Below are positions 60,438-64,000 of a stretch of 64,000 nt of DNA, piece after piece. The first letter of the stretch is position 1. Each line of letters begins with the position of its first letter. The translations under genes were made by a program, and so were the position numbers. Source of the DNA: an uncultured Pseudomonadales bacterium. Its GTDB lineage: Bacteria; Patescibacteriota; Microgenomatia; UBA1400; PJMF01. The notes below the pieces were generated by a model. That model saw nothing but the letters and a program-made list of their open reading frames with translations. It was not told the origin of the DNA and made no database searches. Location: NCBI GenBank assembly GCA_964437755.1, contig CAYTIA010000005.1, positions 802-64,801 of the forward strand. The letters run 5' to 3'.

Positions 60438-62369
60438 CTAGCGTTTCTGGATGATTTCTATTGCTTCTTGGGTTTTTAACTGTTTTTGTTCTCCAGATAC
60501 CATATTTTTTAAAGAGACGGTGTTTGAACTGAGCTCATCCTCTCCAATAATAACTACCCAGGGAATTTTTTGCTGATTTGCGTACCCAAACTGTTTTCCA
60601 AGAGCATCAAATTCAGGGTAGATACTTGCTTCAATCTTTTCTTGACGAAGTTTGGTTACGACTTTTAGTGTTTCTGGTAGCAACTCTTCAGAAAAAATTG
60701 ATACGAGTACTTGTGCTGAGGAGTTTGAACTTGGAACAAGTCCTAGTTTAACTGCAGCTTCAACGGTGCGATCAAAGCCAAATGCTACTCCAACTGCGGG
60801 AATGGACTTTGAGCTAAGCTGTTCTATTAGATTATCATATCTGCCTCCTCCTCCACATGATCCACCTGAATATTCAGGCAAGATAACTTCAAAAATCAAG
60901 CCCGTATAATAATCTAGTCCTCGTGCTAGAGTGGGGGAGAAGACTAAAGTTTCTTTTGGAACTCCTAAGGATATTGTTTGCTCAATAATCTGTTTTAGAT
61001 TATCACTAGATTTTACATCTTTGAGAGAACCGAGAAGTTTAATTGATTGGTTTTTCATTAAGCCTTTTTTTTCGAGCTCATCAATCACCTCAGACTCGGT
61101 TTTTTTATCAAGTTTGTCTATGGTTTGGATAATACTAAAAATATCAACTTCCTTATTTGCATAAGGTTTAATAGTTGAGATCAGGGTTTGACGATCATTA
61201 ACGATTAACTTAATTTTTTTAAAACCAATATTCTCATATGATCGATAAGTGCAGGCTAAGATTTCTGCATCTGCTAGAGTTGATTTGGTTCCATAAATAT
61301 CTACATCACAATGACAGAATTCTCGATATCTTCCGGCTTGTGGTTTATCGGCTCTGAACACATTTTGTATTTGATATCTTTTAAAGAATTTTGGAAGATT
61401 GTTTTGATACTGAGCAAGAATACGAGCTGTTGGTACTGTTTGATCATATCTCAAGCCAATCTTTCTTTTACCTCTATCTTCAAAAGTGTAAACTAATTTA
61501 TCTGCCTCATCGCCATATTTTCCAAGTAATAACTCTGCGTACTCAACGGTAGGTGTTTCCAAGGGTTCGAACCCAAAAAGGGTAAAGACTTCAACTATCT
61601 TGTTTTGGACATATTCTCTTTGTCTTTTTTCTTCAGGAAGAAAATCTCTAAATCCCTTAAGTGTTTGTAATGTTTGTTTATTCATAATCTGTTGATTTTG
61701 ATAATTAATTTCTTGGACTTTTGCTGAAATGGTAACCAACTGTTTTGTCTTGTCAATTATAACCGAGATTTTTTCACCACTTGGCTGAATAATTTCTGAT
61801 AAATCAGAGTAGGTGCTAAACGCTATACTGCCAGATCCACAGGCCGTTTCTTTAACTAGTGAATTTGTATCTTTAACATAAACAGTTGGATATATTTTAT
61901 TTTCTTGGTATTCCACCAAGCCAAAAGCGGGTAGATTAAACTGCTTACAATAGAATCTTGCTTTTTCTTCAAACTGTTTGATGGAAGCTGATTTTTTTTG
62001 GATTAAGTAGCCAATTCCGTCTAATAAAACAATATTTTTCTCAACGATTTTAGGATTAATTGGTAACTTTATCGTAGTTTTGTTTTTTTGATTAGAATAA
62101 AGTACCTTGGACTTTCCAACTCCACTAGTGAGTAGTTCTCCCTTATCTCCTAAGCTATACGCAAAGGCGATGGCTCCATTAACAGATAGCTCATTTCCCA
62201 TCATTTTCAGCTTTGGGATATTTTTATCATACGAAACATAGCCAACCTGTTCAACCTCTAGGAGCAAATCTTTGGTGAATATATTAAAGTCTTGATTAAG
62301 TTGTTTATTTACCAGCGCAGTTAGATTGCCTCCTGCGATAAGGTATCTTTTTTGAGTTTGAATTTTCAT
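60438..62369 (-). CDS. hisS: Histidine--tRNA ligase fused to an N-terminal CntK/DapF-like putative histidine racemase domain
   Basis: aa 229-643: KGFRDFLP, LRYDQTVP, FRADKPQAGRYREF, ARGLDYYTG, GGGRYD. aa 1-228: GGNLTALV, EQVG, MMGNELSVNG, SLVKETACGSG, QPSG. Confidence 0.93.
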   Translation of the reverse strand: MKIQTQKRYLIAGGNLTALVNKQLNQDFNIFTKDLLLEVEQVGYVSYDKNIPKLKMMGNELSVNGAIAFAYSLGDKGELLTSGVGKSKVLYSNQKNKTTIKLPINPKIVEKNIVLLDGIGYLIQKKSASIKQFEEKARFYCKQFNLPAFGLVEYQENKIYPTVYVKDTNSLVKETACGSGSIAFSTYSDLSEIIQPSGEKISVIIDKTKQLVTISAKVQEINYQNQQIMNKQTLQTLKGFRDFLPEEKRQREYVQNKIVEVFTLFGFEPLETPTVEYAELLLGKYGDEADKLVYTFEDRGKRKIGLRYDQTVPTARILAQYQNNLPKFFKRYQIQNVFRADKPQAGRYREFCHCDVDIYGTKSTLADAEILACTYRSYENIGFKKIKLIVNDRQTLISTIKPYANKEVDIFSIIQTIDKLDKKTESEVIDELEKKGLMKNQSIKLLGSLKDVKSSDNLKQIIEQTISLGVPKETLVFSPTLARGLDYYTGLIFEVILPEYSGGSCGGGGRYDNLIEQLSSKSIPAVGVAFGFDRTVEAAVKLGLVPSSNSSAQVLVSIFSEELLPETLKVVTKLRQEKIEASIYPEFDALGKQFGYANQQKIPWVVIIGEDELSSNTVSLKNMVSGEQKQLKTQEAIEIIQKR

Positions 62370-62413
62370 AATATTTTTCCATAAAAAACAGTCACCTGGG
62401 TTTTTGCAGAAAC

Positions 62414-62436
62414 AAAAAACCCGCTTAGCTAGCGGG
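62414..62436 (-). terminator. Attenuator terminator hairpin upstream of the hisS fusion
   Basis: Minus strand CCCGCT-agcta-AGCGGG-TTTTTT. Confidence 0.8.
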
Positions 62437-62487
62437 GGTGGTGACTGTTTGAAAAATTTTATTAAATAAACACGTTAAATCACCCCG

Positions 62488-62541
62488 CTAGATAGCGTGG
62501 TGATGATGGCGAAGCTGATTTTGCACATCTTTGATTAACAT
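62488..62541 (-). CDS. His leader peptide MLIKDVQNQLRHHHHAI (17 aa)
   Basis: Not in track; ATG...CAT CAT CAC CAC GCT ATC TAG, upstream of hisS. Confidence 0.82.
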   Translation of the reverse strand: MLIKDVQNQLRHHHHAI

Positions 62542-62548
62542 AAAGACA

Positions 62549-62577
62549 ATTATAACAGCTACAATCTTCCAGAGCAA
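62549..62577 (-). promoter_or_regulatory. Putative sigma70 promoter of the His leader
   Basis: TTGCTC-17 nt-TATAAT with extended TG; 7 nt before the leader ATG. Confidence 0.65.
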
Positions 62578-62622
62578 TAAATTAGTGTAGCGGTGTGATA
62601 AAATCTGATTGACGGCGAAAAT

Positions 62623-62695
62623 GGGCTTGTAGCTCAGGTGGTAGAGCACTGCTATCGCACAGCAGGGGTCAGGGGTTCGACTCCCCTCAAGTCCA
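62623..62695 (+). tRNA. tRNA-Ala (anticodon CGC)
   Basis: Acceptor stem GGGCTTG/CAAGTCC with G3:U70, D arm GCTC/GAGC, anticodon arm CTGCT-ATCGCAC-AGCAG, T arm AGGGG-TTCGACT-CCCCT; CCA not encoded. Confidence 0.96.
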
Positions 62696-62719
62696 CAGTG
62701 AAGTAAGGCGTGTGTTCGG

Positions 62720-63454
62720 TCAATCTAAGCTGACTAAGGCTTTTACGATTTGTGCGATTTTCTTTTCTTCATCTCCAGAATTATCAATATATCCTGCTAT
62801 TACAACCTGCACATCTTCAAACAGATCCGAAATCGAAATTTCATTGTTCTCAGCATCAATTATTTGAGCATTCTTATTTAGCGAGAAGGTGCTTGTTGAT
62901 GAAGAAATTCTAGATTCAATACTAAGGCTTGAACTTGAGATCTCCTTCACAGCACCAATAGTAACAACTTGAGGTCTTGGCATTATTTGGTCATCATCTA
63001 CGATTACTTTTATAGGGGTAAATGTTTCACCAGTTTGTAATCCAAGAGCAATGACGGAGTTTTCAATTTCAATATCAGCAATTAATAGCTGTTTATCATC
63101 TTTAATTAGTTCTACGGCTGGAGTAATGGGAATGATCACTGATCCAGATATGTTGCTGATGGTAATGGCTGATTCTGATACTCTTTCAACAACTCCCACA
63201 ATAGCTCTAGTTTTATAATCAATCTGTCCTGCAACTGAACCGTTTTTGTTTTCCTTTTCTTCGACAACTTTCTCAATTCTTTCCTTTAAAGAAGCAGTTG
63301 TGGCTGAAGTTGCTTCTTGATCAGTCTTTTCCTCAGCTCTAGTTTCTTGAGCAGCTACCAACATATTATGGTCATAGCTAAATACTCCTGTTATTAAAGT
63401 TATGAGAAAGGTAATTAAGAGTATTTTTGTGAAGCTATTTAAGGTTTTTAGCAT
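62720..63454 (-). CDS. Secreted hypothetical protein with two repeated beta-rich (DUF5666-like) domains
   Basis: Signal/TM helix; GVVERVSESAITI and GAVKEISSSSLSI repeats. Confidence 0.65.
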   Translation of the reverse strand: MLKTLNSFTKILLITFLITLITGVFSYDHNMLVAAQETRAEEKTDQEATSATTASLKERIEKVVEEKENKNGSVAGQIDYKTRAIVGVVERVSESAITISNISGSVIIPITPAVELIKDDKQLLIADIEIENSVIALGLQTGETFTPIKVIVDDDQIMPRPQVVTIGAVKEISSSSLSIESRISSSTSTFSLNKNAQIIDAENNEISISDLFEDVQVVIAGYIDNSGDEEKKIAQIVKALVSLD

Positions 63455-63463
63455 AATATTTTG

Positions 63464-63934
63464 TTATGATTCTGATTCTTCTTCCTCGATTTGAGGCTGA
63501 TCTTCAAGAGTAAGTTCTTGGTTGTATACCACTACGGTTCGAGTAACTGAAACTACTTCACCAGTTGAGTCTATGCTGTGCACGTTGATAATATTTGCCA
63601 AAGGTTTGAGTTCAAATTCTTTTGAAAAGTTTCCGGTTTCATCTGATTGAGTGATAAACGGAGTATCATTGATATAAATAATAACATTTGAATTTTGACT
63701 GGTGTTGCCAGTTATTTTAACTATTTTATCTGCTTGAATAGATTCATTTTCTGGACTAAAAAGAGTTAGTTTACCTGTATTCTGGTCAGTTGAAGATGAA
63801 TCAGAAGGTTTACCATTTTCAATATTAGTAATTTGGTTAACCTCTGTAGTCTGTTGCGAGTGATAGTATCCATAGGTAATAAACAACCCCATCACCAGAC
63901 CAATAATAATAGCAATTAATATTTCTTTTCTCAT
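63464..63934 (-). CDS. Membrane-anchored protein with bacterial Ig-like domain
   Basis: N-terminal TM; LTLFSPEN..ITGNT..DETGNFS..L....N.I.V. Confidence 0.7.
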   Translation of the reverse strand: MRKEILIAIIIGLVMGLFITYGYYHSQQTTEVNQITNIENGKPSDSSSTDQNTGKLTLFSPENESIQADKIVKITGNTSQNSNVIIYINDTPFITQSDETGNFSKEFELKPLANIINVHSIDSTGEVVSVTRTVVVYNQELTLEDQPQIEEEESES

Positions 63935-64000
63935 TTTTCAGTATTATAACCTAATTTAGAAGAATGGAAAAAATCTGAAGAGTTTTTGTCTCTCAAAAAT

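Larger units (their letters stand above)
62386..62541 (-). promoter_or_regulatory. Histidine-responsive ribosome-mediated attenuator
   Basis: His4 leader ORF; CUAGCGGGGUG (62481-62491) is complementary to the terminator 5' arm region (62429-62440); additional 11-bp and 8-bp inverted repeats. Confidence 0.82.

Noticed and set aside
846-61496. Many short track ORFs overlapping longer genes (for example 846-1241, 26679-26972, 57613-57996, 60652-60909)
   Set aside because: They lie antisense or out of frame within well-supported genes and carry no recognisable motifs
61686-62369. Racemase-like domain as diaminopimelate epimerase DapF or part of a staphylopine cluster
   Set aside because: It lacks DapF-specific motifs such as GNDF and GNPH, and no cntL/cntM-like or metal ABC transporter genes are adjacent
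62475-62528. Alternative-frame leader ORF MCKISFAIITTLSSGVI
   Set aside because: The His4 frame starts at the position expected from the promoter, matches the downstream hisS function and has its stop codon on the antiterminator
62370-62560. T-box riboswitch upstream of hisS
   Set aside because: No T-box consensus (AAxxxGGGTGGxACC-type) or stem I on the coding strand; the His-codon leader explains the structure better
62623-62720. tRNA-Ala as an integration site
   Set aside because: No integrase and no duplicated tRNA 3' end seen in the window

Overview
AT-rich, gene-dense bacterial chromosome segment using the standard code (genes end at TGA). Gene content and style suggest Patescibacteria/CPR, probably Microgenomates (inference from a short RF1, a minimal S18, an L31 with a charged tail, salvage-type metabolism and Cys/Pro-Thr-rich surface proteins). 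It is mostly housekeeping: rpmB, fmt, def, mreB-mreC-mreD-like-PBP2, dprA, topA, nadD, nadE, thyA, DHFR, dut, tmk, recR, hpf, cysS, radC, tgt, ychF, PNP, rpsF-ssb-rpsR, ctpA, htrA, carD-like, prfA, rpmE, hisS and tRNA-Ala(CGC). No CRISPR array, rRNA or mobile element was seen. The standout is 60438-62577 (-): a histidyl-tRNA synthetase fused in frame to an N-terminal CntK/DapF-like putative histidine racemase domain. It sits behind an apparently leaderless His4 leader peptide (MLIKDVQNQLRHHHHAI) and a terminator/antiterminator pair, and the 643-aa protein contains only one His. Together this suggests a His-starvation-induced D-His scavenging and charging system. Other oddities are a kinase/nucleotidyltransferase/HIT/deaminase operon divergent from CofE-like and RimK-like ligases, an S41 protease with a J-like domain, a giant PP2C protein and a knottin-bearing surface protein. 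ORFs missing from the supplied track were added (response regulator at the left edge, a 37-aa acidic ORF, rpsR, the His leader). All family calls come from motif recognition by eye, not database searches.
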